A stretch of 64,000 nucleotides of DNA from Heterodontus francisci (GCF_036365525.1 NC_090378.1:122125593-122189592); one strand, 5' to 3'. Shown: positions 1-13,536, numbered from the stretch's first letter. The notes: a model not told the origin generated them from the sequence alone. Program-made: numbers and translations.

Positions 1-3000
1 CCTGCACTGACACATCCCACAGTTATATATAATATATAATAATGGACACACAGTCCCACCTCCTGCACTGACACATCCCACAATCATATATAATATATAA
101 TAATGGACACACAGTCCCACCTCCTGCACTGACACGTCCCACAGTTATATATAATATATAATAATGGACACACAGTCCCACCTCCTGCACTGACACATCC
201 CACAGTTATATATAATATATAATAATGGACACACAGTCCCACCTCCTGCACTGACACATCCCACAGTTATATATGATATATAATAATGGACACACAGTCC
301 CACCTCCCGCACTGACACATCCCACAGTTATATATAATATATAATAATGTACACACAGTCCCACCTCCCGCACTGACACATCCCACAGTTATACATAATA
401 TATAATCATGGACGCACAGTCCCACCTCCTCGACTGACACCTCCCACAGTTATATATAATATTTAATAATGGACACACAGTCCCACCTCCCGCACTGACA
501 CATCCCACAGTTATATATAATATATAATAATGGACACACAGTCCCACCTCCCGCACTGACACATCCCACAGTTATATATAATATATAATAATGTACACAC
601 AGTCCCACCTCCCGCACTGACACATCCCACAGTTATATATAATATATAATCATGGATGCACAGTCCCACCTCCTCGACTGACACCTCCCACAGTTATATA
701 TAATATATAATAATGGACACACAGTCCCACCTCCTGCACTGACACATCCCACAGTTATAAATAATATATAATAATGGACACACAGTCCCACCTCCTGCAC
801 TGACACATCCCACAGTTATATATAATATATAATAATGGACGCACAGTCCCACCTGCTGTACTGACACATCCCACAGTTATATATAATATATAATAATGGA
901 CACACAGTCCCACCTCCTGTACTGACACATCCCACAGTTATATATAATATATAATAATGGACACACAGTCCCACCTCCCGCACTGACACATCCCACAGTT
1001 ATATATAATATATAATAATGGACACACAGTCCCACCTCCCGCACTGACACATCCCACAGTTATATATAATATATAATAATGGACACACAGTCCCACCTCC
1101 TGCACTGACACATCCCACAGTTATATATAATATATAATAATGGACGCACAGTCCCACCTCCTGTACTGACACATCCCACAGTTATATATAATATATAATA
1201 ATGGACACACAGTCCCACCTCCTGTACTGACACATCCCACAGTTATATATAATATATAATAATGGACACACAGTCCCACCTCCCGCACTGACACATCCCA
1301 CAGTTATATATAATATATAATAATGGACACACAGTCCCACCTCCCGCACTGACACATCCCACAGTTATATATAATATATAATAATGGACACACAGTCCCA
1401 CCTCCTGCACTGACACATCCCACAGTTATATATAATATATAATAATGGACACACAGTCCCACCTCCCGCACTGACACATCCACAGTTATATATAATATAT
1501 AATAATGGACACACAGTCCCACCTCCCGCACTGACACATCCACAGTTATATATAATATATAATAATGGACACACAGTCCCACCTCCTGTACTGACACATC
1601 CCACAGTTATATATAATATATAATAATGGACACACAGTCCCACCTCCCGCACTGACACATCCCACAGTTATATATAATATATAATAATGGACACACAGTC
1701 CCACCTCCTGCACTGACACATCCCACAGTTATATATAATTTATAATAATGAACACACAGTCCCAACCCCTGCACTGACACGTCCCACAGTTATATATCAT
1801 ATATAATAATGAACACACAGTCCCAACCCCTGCACTGACACGTCCCACAGTTATATATAATATATAATAATGAACACACAGTCCCAACCCCTGCATTGAC
1901 ACGTCCCACAGTTATATATAATATATAATAATGAACACACAGTCCCAGCCCCTGCACTGACACGTCCCACAGTTATATATAATATATAATAATGGATACA
2001 CAGTCCCACCTCCTGCACTGACGCAGCCCACAGTTATATATAATATATAATAATCGACACACTGTCCCACCTCCTGCACTGACACATCCCACAGTTATAT
2101 ATAATATATATTAATGGACACACAGTCCCACCTCCCGCACTGACACATCCCACAGTTATATATAATATATAATAATGGACACACAGTCCCACCTCCCGCA
2201 CTGACACATCCCACAGTTATATATAATATATAATAATGAACACACAGTCCCACCTCCCGCACTGACACATCCCACAGTTATATATAATATATAATAATGA
2301 ACACACAGTCCCAACCCCTGCACTGACACGTCCCACAGTTATATATAATACATATTAATGAACACACAGTCCCACCTGCTGTACTGACGCATCCCACAGT
2401 TATATATAATATATAATAATGAACACACAGTCCCAACCCCTGCACTGACACGTCCCACAGTTATATATAATATATAATAATGGACACACAGTCCCACCTC
2501 CTGAACTGACACGTCCCACAGTTATATATAATATATAATAATGAACACACAGTCCCAACCCCTGCACTGACACGTCCCACAGTTACATATAATATATAAT
2601 AATGAACACACAGTCCCAACCCCTGCATTGACACGTCCCACAGTTATATATAATATATAATAATGAACACACAGTCCCAACCCCTGCACTGACACGTCCC
2701 ACAGTTATATATAATATATAATAATGAACACACAGTCCCAACCCCTGCATTGACACGTCCCACAGTTATATATAATATATAATAATGAACACACAGTCCC
2801 AACCCCTGCATTGACACGTCCCACAGTTATATATAATATATAATAATGAACACACAGTCCCAACCCCTGCATTGACACGTCCCACAGTTATATATAATAT
2901 ATAATAATGAACACACAGTCCCAACCCCTGCATTGACACGTCCCACAGTTATATATAATATATAATAATGAACACACAGTCCCAACCCCTGCATTGACAC

Positions 3001-6000
3001 GTCCCACAGTTATATATAATATATAATAATGAACACACAGTCCCAACCCCTGCACTGACATGTCCCACAGTTATATATAATATATAATAATGAACACACA
3101 GTCCCAACCCCTGCACTGACACGTCCCACAGTTATATATAATATATAATAATGAACACACAGTCCCAACCCCTGCATTGACACGTCCCACAGTTATATAT
3201 AATATATAATAATGAACACACAGTCCCAGCCCCTGCACTGACGCGTCCCACAGTTATATATAATATATAATAATGGATACACAGTCCCACCTCCTGCACT
3301 GACGCAGCCCACAGTTATATATAATATATAATAATCGACACACTGTCCCACCTCCTGCACTGACACATCCCACAGTTATATATAATATATATTAATGGAC
3401 ACACAGTCCCACCTCCCGCACTGACACATCCCACAGTTATATATAATATATAATAATGGACACACAGTCCCACCTCCCGCACTGACACATCCCACAGTTA
3501 TATATAATATATAATAATGAACACACAGTCCCACCTCCCGCACTGACACATCCCACAGTTATATATAATATATAATAATGAACACACAGTCCCAACCCCT
3601 GCACTGACACGTCCCACAGTTATATATAATACATATTAATGAACACACAGTCCCACCTGCTGTACTGACGCATCCCACAGTTATATATAATATATAATAA
3701 TGAACACACAGTCCCAACCCCTGCACTGACACGTCCCACAGTTATATATAATATATAATAATGGATACACAGTCCCACCTCCTGCACTGACGCATCCCAC
3801 AGTTATATATAATATATAATAATCGACACACAGTCCCACCTCCTGTACTGACACATCCCACAGTTATATATAATATATAATAATGAACACACAGTCCCAC
3901 CTCCTGTACTGACACATCCCACTGTTATATATAATATATAATAATGGACACACAGTCCCACCTCCTTTACTGACAAATCCCACAGTTATATACAATATAT
4001 AATAATGGACACACAGTCCCACCTCCTGTACTGACACATCCCACAGTTATATATAATATATGATAATGGACACACAGTCCCACCACCTGCAATGACACAT
4101 CCCACAGTTATATATAATATATAATAATGGACACACAGTCCCACCACCTGCAATGAAACATCCCACAGTTATATATAATATATAATAATGGACACACAGT
4201 CCCACCTCCTGTACTGACACATCACACAGTTATATATAATATATAATAATGGACACACAGTCCCACCTCCTGTACTGACACATCCCACAGTTATATATAA
4301 TATATAATAATGGACACACAGTCCCACTTCCCGCACTGACACATCCCACAGTTATATATAATATATAATAATGGACACACAGTCCCACCTCCTGTACTGA
4401 CACATCACACAGTTATATATAATATATAATAATGGACACACAGTCCCACCTCCTGTACTGACACATCCCACAGTTATATATAATATATAATAATGGACAC
4501 ACAGTCCCACCTCCTGCACTGACACATCCCACAGTTATATATCATAAATAAAAATGGACACACAGTCCTACCTCCTGTACTGACACATCCCACACTTATA
4601 TATAATATATAATAATGGACACACAGTCCCACCTCCTGGACTGACACATCCCACAGTTATATATAATATATAATAATGGACACACAGTCCCACCTCCGGT
4701 ACTGACAAATCCCACAGTTATTTACAATATATAATAATGGACACACAGTCCCACCTCCTGCACTGACACATCCCACAGTTATATATAATATATAATAATT
4801 GACACACAGTCCCACCTCCGGTACTGACAAATCCCACAGTTATATATAATATATAATAATGGACACACAGTCCCACCTCCTGCACTGACACATCCCACAG
4901 TTATATATAATATATGATAATGGACACACAGTCCCACCACCTGCAATGACATATCCCACAGTTATATATAATATATAACAATGGACACACAGTCCCACCT
5001 CCTGTACTGACACATCCCACAGTTTTTTATCATATATGATAATGGACACACAGTCCCACCACCTGCAATGACACATCCCACATTTATATATAATATATAA
5101 TAATGGAGACACAGTCCCACCTCCTGTCGTGAAACATCCCACAGTTAGATATAAAAATAATAATGGACACACAGTCCCACCTCCGGTACTGACACATCCC
5201 ACAGTTATATATATAAATAATAATGGACACACATTCCCACCTCCTGTACGGATACATCCCTCATTTATATATAATATATAATAATGGAGACACAGTCCCA
5301 CCTCCTGTAGTGACACATCCCACAGTTAGATATAATATATAATAATGGACACACAGTCCCACCTCCTGTAGTGACATGTCCGACAGTTATATAGAATATA
5401 TAACAATGGACACACAGTCCAAACTCCGGTACTGACACGTCCCACAATAATATATAACATATACTCATAGACACACAGTCCCACCTCCTGCACTGACACA
5501 TCCCACAGTTATATATAAAAATAATAATGGACACACAGTCCCACCTCCTGCACTGACACATCCCACAATAATATATTATATAGAACAATGGACACACAGT
5601 CCCACCTCCTGTACTGACACATCCCACAGTTATATATAATATTTGATAATGGACACACAAGCCCACCACCTGCAATGACACATCCCACAGTTATATATAA
5701 TATATAATAATGGACACACAGTCCCACCTCCTGTACTGACACATCCCACAGTTTTTTATAATATATGATAATGGACACACAGTCCCACCTCCTGGACTGA
5801 CACATCCCACAGTTATATATAATATATAATAATGGACACACAGTCCCACCTCCTGTACTGACACATCCCACAGTTATATATAATATTTGATAATGGACAC
5901 ACAGTCCCACCACCTGCAATGACACATCCCACATTTATATATAATATATAATAATGAACACACAGTCCCACCTCCTGTCGTGAAACATCCCACAGTTAGA

Positions 6001-9000
6001 TATAAAAATAATAATGGAGACACAGTCCCACCTCCGGTACTGACACATCCCACAGTTAGATATAAAAATAATAATGGACACACAGTCCCACCTCCTGTAC
6101 TGACACATCCCACAATCATATATAATATATAATAATGGACACACAGTCCCACCTCCTGTACTGACACATCCCAGACTTATATATAATAAATAATAATGGA
6201 CACACAGTCCCACCTCCTGGACTGACACATCCCACAGTTATATATAATATATAATAATGGACACACAATCCCACCTCCTGTACTGACACATCCCACAATC
6301 ATATATAATATATAATAATGGACACACAGTCCCACCTCCTGTACTGACACATCCCACAATCATATATAATATATAATAATGGACACACAGTCCCACCTCC
6401 TGCACTGACACATCCCACAGTTATATATAATATATAATAATGGACACACAGTCCCACCTCCTGTACTGACACATCCCACAGTTATATATAATATATAATA
6501 ATGGACACACAGTCCCACCTCCCGCACTGACACATCCCACAGTTATATATAATAAATAATAATGGACACACAGTCCCACCTCCTCGACTGACACGTCCCA
6601 CAGTTATATATAATATATACTAATGGACACACAGTCCCACCTCCTGCACTGACACATCCCACAGTTATATATAATATATAATAATGGACACACAGTCCCA
6701 CCTCCTGCACTGACACATCCCACAGTTATATATGATATATAATAATGGACACACAGTCCCACCTCCCGCACTGACACATCCCACAGTTATATATAATATA
6801 TAATAATGTACACACAGTCCCACCTCCCGCACTGACACATCCCACAGTTATACATAATATATAATAATGGACACACAGTCCCACCTCCCGCACTGACACA
6901 TCCCACAGTTATATATAATATATAATAATGGACACACAGTCCCACCTCCTGCACTGACACATCCCACAGTTATAAATAATATATAATAATGGACACACAG
7001 TCCCACCTCCTGCACTGACACATCCCACAGTTATATATAATATATAATAATGGACGCACAGTCCCACCTGCTGTACTGACACATCCCACAGTTATATATA
7101 ATATATAATAATGGACACACAGTCCCACCTCCTGTACTGACACATCCCACAGTTATATATAATATATAATAATGGACACACAGTCCCACCTCCCGCACTG
7201 ACACATCCCACAGTTATATATAATATATAATAATGGACACACAGTCCCACCTCCTGTACTGACACATCCCACAGTTATATATAATATATAATAATGGACA
7301 CACAGTCCCACCTCACGCACTGACACATCCCACAGTTATATATAATATATAATAATGGACACACAGTCCCACCTCCTGTACTGACACATCCCACAGTTAT
7401 ATATAATATATAATAATGGACGCACAGTCCCACCTCCTGCACTGACACATCCCACAGTTATATATAATATATAATAATGGACGCACAGTCCCACCTCCTG
7501 TACTGACACATCCCACAGTTATATATAATACATAATAATGGACACACAGTCCCACCTCCTGCACTGACACATCCCACAGTTATATATAATATATAATAAT
7601 GGACGCACAGTCCCACCTCCCGCACTGACACATCCCACAGTTATATATAATATATAATAATGGACACACAGTCCCACCTCCTGTACTGACACATCCCACA
7701 GTTATATATAATATATAATAATGGACACACAGTCCCACCTCCTGTACTGACACATCCCACAGTTATATATAATATATCATAATGGACACACAGTCCCACC
7801 TCCCGCACTGACACATCCCACAGTTATATATAATTTATAATAATGGACACACAGTCCCACCTCCCGCACTGACACATCCACAGTTATATATAATATATAA
7901 TAATGGACACACAGTCCCACCTCCTGCACTGACACATCCCACAGTTATATATAATATATAATAATGGACGCACAGTCCCACCTCCCGCACTGACACATCC
8001 CACAGTTATATATAATATATAATAATGGACACACAGTCCCACCTCCTGTACTGACACATCCCACAGTTATATATAATATATAATAATGGACACACAGTCC
8101 CACCTCCTGTACTGACACATCCCACAGTTATATATAATATATCATAATGGACACACAGTCCCACCTCCCGCACTGACACATCCCACAGTTATATATAATA
8201 TATAATAATGGACACACAGTCCCACCTCCTGCACTGACACATCCCACAGTTATATATAATATATAATAATGGACACACAGTCCCACCTCCCGCACTGACA
8301 CATCCACAGTTATATATAATATATAATAATGGACACACAGTCCCACCTCCCGCACTGACACATCCCACAGTTATATATAATATATAATAATGGACACACA
8401 GTCCCACCTCCTGTACTGACACATCCACAGTTATATATAATATATCATAATGGACACACAGTCCCACCTCCCGCACTGACACATCCCACAGTTATATATA
8501 ATATATAATAATGGACACACAGTCCCACCTCCTGCACTGACACATCCCACAGTTATATATAATATATAATAATGGACACACAGTCCCACCTCCCGCACTG
8601 ACACATCCACAGTTATATATAATATATAATAATGGACACACAGTCCCACCTCCCGCACTGACACATCCCACAGTTATATATAATATATAATAATGGACAC
8701 ACAGTCCCACCTCCTGTTCTGACACATCACACATTTATATATAATATATAATAATGGACACACAGTCCCACCTCCTGTACTGACACATCCCACAGTTATA
8801 TATAATATATAATAATGGACACACAGTCCCACCTCCTGCACTGACACATCCCACAGTTATATATAATATATAATAATGGACACACAGTCCCACCTCCTGT
8901 TCTGACACATCACACATTTATATATAATATATAATAATGGACACACAGACCCACCTCCTGTTCTGACACATCACACATTTATAAATAATATATAATAATG

Positions 9001-9052
9001 GACATAGTCCCACCTCCCGCACTGACACATCCACAGTTATATTTATTATATC
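1..9052. repeat. 61-bp tandem satellite array (about 148 units; continues beyond the window start)
   Basis: Consensus unit cccacagttatatataatatataataatggacacacagtcccacctcctgcactgacacat repeated head to tail, with point variants and occasional 60-bp units. Confidence 0.98.
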
Positions 9053-9479
9053 ATAAACAGACGGTGTATTAAAACAGTTGCTTCAATCTCCTGTCTTACC
9101 TATCTGGGAAATATTTGCTGTTTTGTGCATTGCTGCCACATGTGTCGATGAGAGTGTTGACAGAAACATTCCCCTGAACGGTGTGAGGAATTGGGAAAGG
9201 ATGGAGGAGTTTAGAGAGGACTAGGAGCTGCTTTCTTCATCAGTGAGAATCTCACAGCTCTGGAGATTTGACATTTTGCTTCATTCGATTCTCTCTGGGT
9301 TCTCGTGGAGTCGCTTCATGAGCAAAGACTAATTATTGATCATTATTATTGACCCCCCATCCCAGGTCAGACACCCCAGGTCAGTTACTATGGAAACAGG
9401 TTTCTTCTCATCTGATTGGACAATCTGGTTGACACAATTTTCACCAATCAAAATCCAATTTAGAAAAGTGTCGAAATGA

Positions 9480-9905
9480 ATAAAACTGAAATCATAAATA
9501 GAAAGCAAACTGAACAAATTAAAGCCTGATTTTATTTTCACTATCCACTACAGTCTCCTGTCCCTGTGGTGCCCACTGCAGCCTGAAGGCCTCAAGTGAC
9601 ACAGCAGACACCCCCTGCTCCTTCTCCAGGGCCACCCGGGTGGGGACAATGCCATGGTAGAGAGACTGGCAGCCAGTGCCACCACCCCCATGGGTCCCAT
9701 CCAACTCGGGCCTGTGGATGGACACCTTGGCCAGGCCCAGGAGCAGACCCACGAGGAGGGGCCTCCAACCTGCCCACTCCCCTCTACACTGGGTGGCCAA
9801 AGATCAGGAGCGTGGGCCTGAATTAGAACCAGAGGATGAGGAGCAGCCCCTTCAAATAATGGAACAGGGGCCACAACCTCTCCCACTCCATGTAGACATG
9901 ATCCA
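9480..9905 (-). mobile_element. Tx1/L1-clade non-LTR retrotransposon 3' fragment
   Basis: Minus-strand peptide LLVGLLLGLAKVSIHR...RVALEKEQGVSAVSLEAF closely matches the C-terminus of the larger element at 29966-30505 (LLIGLLLGLAKVAIHR...RVSLEKEQAVSAGSIEAF). Confidence 0.8.
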
Positions 9906-10257
9906 CTGACTCTGAAACTCACTGTTTTCAAATGGTCCATGAGGAAGAGCAGAGTCAGCAACAGAAACATCACATTTACAGAAACACCCCTCCCCTTTTT
10001 TCCAGGGCACAGGCAGGTGAGCTCGGTTTGCTGGGAGATTTTCATTTTCCAGGAATTGAGTGGCTCCAGGCTTTTCCATCTGATGTGGTGGGAAGAGCAG
10101 CTGGAAGATTTATCATCGACAAGTAGAATTCCCAACTTTCCCAAGCACGGCAGCATGGAATTCAGACAGAGAGAGAGAGTGAAACAGAGACAGTAGGAGA
10201 GAGAGAGAAACAGAGACAGTGGGAGAGAGAGAATGACAGAAAGAGAGACATTGGGGG

Positions 10258-10418
10258 NNNNNNNNNNNNNNNNNNNNNNNNNNNNNNNNNNNNNNNNNNN
10301 NNNNNNNNNNNNNNNNNNNNNNNNNNNNNNNNNNNNNNNNNNNNNNNNNNNNNNNNNNNNNNNNNNNNNNNNNNNNNNNNNNNNNNNNNNNNNNNNNNNN
10401 NNNNNNNNNNNNNNNNNN
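10258..10418. other. Assembly gap (161 N) flanked by GA-rich low-complexity sequence
   Basis: Run of N characters, with GA-rich tracts at 10166-10257 and 10419-10540. Confidence 0.99.
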
Positions 10419-10435
10419 TAGACAGAGGGAAAGAG

Positions 10436-10508
10436 CACTAACCACTAACCACTGACCACCTCCAGGCGCGTATCCATTGTCTCTCGAGATAAGGAGGCCC
10501 AAAAGAAG
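10436..10508 (+). mobile_element. Possible RTE-type LINE 3' terminus
   Basis: ccacctccaggcgcgtatccattgtctctcgagataaggaggcccaaaagaaga resembles, from memory, 3' ends of shark RTE LINEs. Not verified. Confidence 0.3.
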
Positions 10509-10538
10509 AGCACAAGAGGGACAGCGTGAGAGAGAGAG

Positions 10539-11308
10539 ATGGCTGGTTGTCCCAGTGGACATTGGGACTCTGACGTCTGGCCTATATGAGGGTCCCGAGC
10601 CTGCCCATGTCATCAGCACTCGCCGGAGCAACTTTCTGGGAGGCAGCCTCCTAATTGGTCACCTCCACACTCACTGTCCTATGAATGATGGCGGTCAGGC
10701 TCCCGAGCCTGCAGGCCCAATCAGAGGGCCCACAGTGATGTCAGGCTGGCAGCTCCACCGGGAGAGGTGGGCCCTGCTGAAACAGGCAGGCGAGAGTGAG
10801 GGCCCCTCAACATGGAGATGCCCTCGGCTGCCTGCAGAGGAATAGTAAAATAAAAAGGGCTGAAGCCAGTTGGGCCATCAGGTTGAAGAGGGTTAGGATT
10901 AGGAAACTCCTCCACAGGATTATTCACAGGCGGGACTGCAGCTTTTCATCCCTGTAGCTCATTGGGACATAGAGTCTCCGTCTCCGATGGTCCCCTGGCC
11001 TGCTGCCGGGAGGGCTCCTCCATTGAGCTGGCGGCCTCCACACTCAGGGGTGGGGAGGCCGCTCCGACATTGGTAAAATACCAGCACCGGCTCAAAATGG
11101 CCCCTAAATGTGAACTTCATTGCTCTAATTGTCTGCCCATCTGCATGGAGCCAGCAGATGACCGGTTCCCAGTACACCCATGGGAAAGTAACCCGGAGGC
11201 GGGAATGTGTCAGGGAGCCATGTTGACACAGCTCGTCGTATTTTTCCCAGTCCTGCCCAACCTCCAAATGAGAACCCCGTCTCCATGGCACCGGGAGAAT
11301 TCATCCCA
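10539..11308. mobile_element. Putative non-autonomous DNA transposon (Harbinger-like) inserted into the GA tract
   Basis: GC-rich block interrupting GA-rich sequence on both sides. Ends are imperfect inverted repeats (ggctggttgtccc ... gggagaattcatccc). No credible ORF. Confidence 0.3.
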
Positions 11309-11315
11309 GTCTGTT

Positions 11316-11974
11316 AGAGACAGAGAGAGAGAAAGTGAGAGAGAGAGAAAGAGAGAGAGAGTGAGAGGGAGAAAAAGAGAGACAGAGTGAGAAAGAGAGA
11401 CAAAGTGAGAGAGTGAGAGAGAGAGAAAGAGAGAGATAGTGAGAGGGAGAAAAAGAGAGACAGAGTGAGACTGAATGAGAGAGAGTGAGAGTGGGAAAGA
11501 GAGAGAGAGTGAGAGAGAGAGAAAGAGAGAGACAGTGAGAGGGAGAAAAAGAGAGACAGAGTGAGGGAGTGAGAGAGATTGAGAAAGAGAGACAGAGTGA
11601 GTGAGGGAAAGAGAGAGACAGATTGAGAGAGAGTGTGAGAGAGAGAGAGCGTGTGACAGAGACAGAGTAACAGGGAGTGAGAGAGAGGGACATAATGAGA
11701 GAGTGAAAGAGACAGAGTGAGAGAAAACAATGAGAGAGAGACAGAATGTGAGAGAAACCCAAAGTAGCAGAGACAGAGTGTGACACACTGTGAACGACAC
11801 ACACAGACAGACAGACAGAAGCACACATAGAGACAGAGACAAATAGATATATATAGAGAGAGTGTGCGAGACAGAGACACACATACACACAGGCAAAGAG
11901 CGACAGAGAGAGAGACACAGTGACAGTGAAAGACAGAGAGAGGGTGAGAGTGAGTGAGTGAAACAGAGAGCAGA
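11316..11974. repeat. Degenerate (GA)n/purine-rich microsatellite immediately 5' of the J RSS
   Basis: About 660 bp of gagaga/gacaga/gtgaga with internal duplicated blocks (gtgagagggagaaaaagagagacagagtga). Confidence 0.95.
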
Positions 11975-12013
11975 GGATATTGTACAGCCCCTGCACTGGA
12001 AGCTGTCAGTGTG
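11975..12013 (-). promoter_or_regulatory. V(D)J recombination signal sequence of the J segment (23-bp spacer)
   Basis: On +: nonamer GGATATTGT (11975-11983; consensus GGTTTTTGT), exactly 23-nt spacer (11984-12006), heptamer CAGTGTG (12007-12013; consensus CACTGTG) abutting the J coding end. A J-side 23-RSS is the kappa configuration. Confidence 0.92.
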
Positions 12014-12048
12014 GTTTACGTTCGGTAAAGGAACCAAGCTTAGACTGA
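12014..12048 (+). CDS. IGKJ: Immunoglobulin light-chain J segment (kappa/type III), germline unjoined
   Basis: G TTT ACG TTC GGT AAA GGA ACC AAG CTT AGA CTG A = FTFGKGTKLRL with the FGXG motif, followed by consensus donor GTAAGT (12049-12054). The phase-1 A joins GC of the C exon to give Ser. Confidence 0.95.
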
Positions 12049-12584
12049 GTAAGTAAACCTCAATCCTCTGTTACTAATCCTTTAAATACAAAACTTTCTA
12101 AAACACAAATGCTGAATAGTGGAAGGTGTTAGAAAGGAGCTCCAGTCAATGAAATGGTTCATTGAAGAGCACTGTGTATAACAGGGTGCCCAGCTGTATT
12201 TCTTTAGTTACATTCCCCCTTTAACCAGCAAGATATAAGTAACCAACTTTTACCGAGTGTGTAGAGGAGATCTGGACGTTTGCAGACTGTGGTCACATTC
12301 CTGCTCCATGGTGTGAAATCCCTCACTGGACTCCTGCCAGTCTCAGTGTGAGCTCTGGGTCTCTGTCACAGTCTCTGATATAACTGATCTCAGCACCAGC
12401 ACAGTGAGACACCGAGGTCCCACCTCCCCCAGCTTTAACTCTGCTCTGTCCACTCCCTGCTTATCTCTTGTCAAAGTTCTGATGAAAAACAATGACAGCA
12501 GGGCTCCCAATCCAGTGGCTTCAGTGTTCCAGGGTTTTGGGGAAACTCTCAGTTGCTTTGTCTTTGGGTCGAGTTCAGGTCGAT

Positions 12585-13536
12585 TGTTCTGACCAGGTGA
12601 TGAAAGTCTCTCGGGGTCTTTCACAGCCTTCACCTGGTCTTACTGTAACAAGATTTAATTTGAAACACACTGTGTTTTGAGCTCCTTCTCGGTGAATCCT
12701 TGTTCACCGCTTTCCAATTGTGAGGCAAAGAAATGAGCACAAACAGGTTTTCTTAGGTTTAAAGAAGAAAGGTGAAATTTATTAAAACTTAAACTAAAGC
12801 TCTAATTCAGTTAACGCGTACGGATACACGCCCCGCCCCACGCTAGCATGCATATGCGATACACACATGCAAATAGAGACAGAAAAGAGCAGAAGAAAAA
12901 TAAAGTGCAGAGGTTTGAGGCAATCTCTGAAGAGAGTTTTTGTTACTGTGCTTCGAGCTCACTGTAGTCCTTGCTTGTCGGTAGATCTTGCTTTTCATTG
13001 GGGCCCAGTATTCTTCTTAAACCTTGTTCACTGTGGGAGACTTTTCCCTCTTGCGGTTCATATGTCTTCAATGATTTCTGAAGCTGGTGAGAGAGATGAA
13101 AGCCGACGGGAGAGAGACAGTGGCAAGCCAGCCATGAAAAGTCTTTTCAGTCCAGGAGCAAACAGCTTTCTGAGTTCAAATTCTCTGTGGCAAGTTCAAA
13201 TTTAAAAAACTACAACAGCCAGTTAGTCATGTGACTAAACTGGTCTGGCCATGTCCGATGGTGTAGTCGGCCATCTTAGCAGTCAAGCTGGAATGGGAGC
13301 TCCTCCACCCTCAATGTCTGGTAATCAAAAGTCCATTGTGGATTGAATTTGTCAGGAAATGGTCTTTTGTCCCTTCCAAGTACTGTCTGTTATTATGCCA
13401 ATGTCTTTCCAGTCAAGGGCGTGGTGCTGTTTTTTAAAAACAAGTTCTTTCTTTACTCCAGCAACAGATTAAAAAGCAGTGTTCATATGGTGAAATTAAT
13501 GTGCCTCATTCTTGGCAGGTGGGGGCCTGCATGACA
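12585..13536 (-). mobile_element. Putative solo LTR in the J-C intron
   Basis: Termini TGTTCTGA...CATGACA (TG...CA), imperfect 5-bp flanks tcgat/ctgat, minus-strand AATAAA (tttatt 12778-12783) about 200 bp from its 3' end, and no coding content. Confidence 0.6.

Noticed and set aside
1-9052. CRISPR-like regular repeats
   Set aside because: Units are contiguous with no unique spacers, there are no cas genes, and the context is vertebrate.
10731-10737. Perfect heptamer CACAGTG upstream of J as a possible V RSS
   Set aside because: No nonamer at 12 or 23 nt, no V frame (YYC, WY) before it, and it lies inside a putative transposon.
11210-12037. Ser/Leu-rich minus-strand ORFs
   Set aside because: Translation of the (CT)n microsatellite.
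12295-12410. TPASLSVSSG peptide resembling V framework 1, plus CACAGTG at 12400
   Set aside because: A stop follows within a few codons, there is no conserved Cys/Trp or YYC, no nonamer, and the span is far too short for a V exon.
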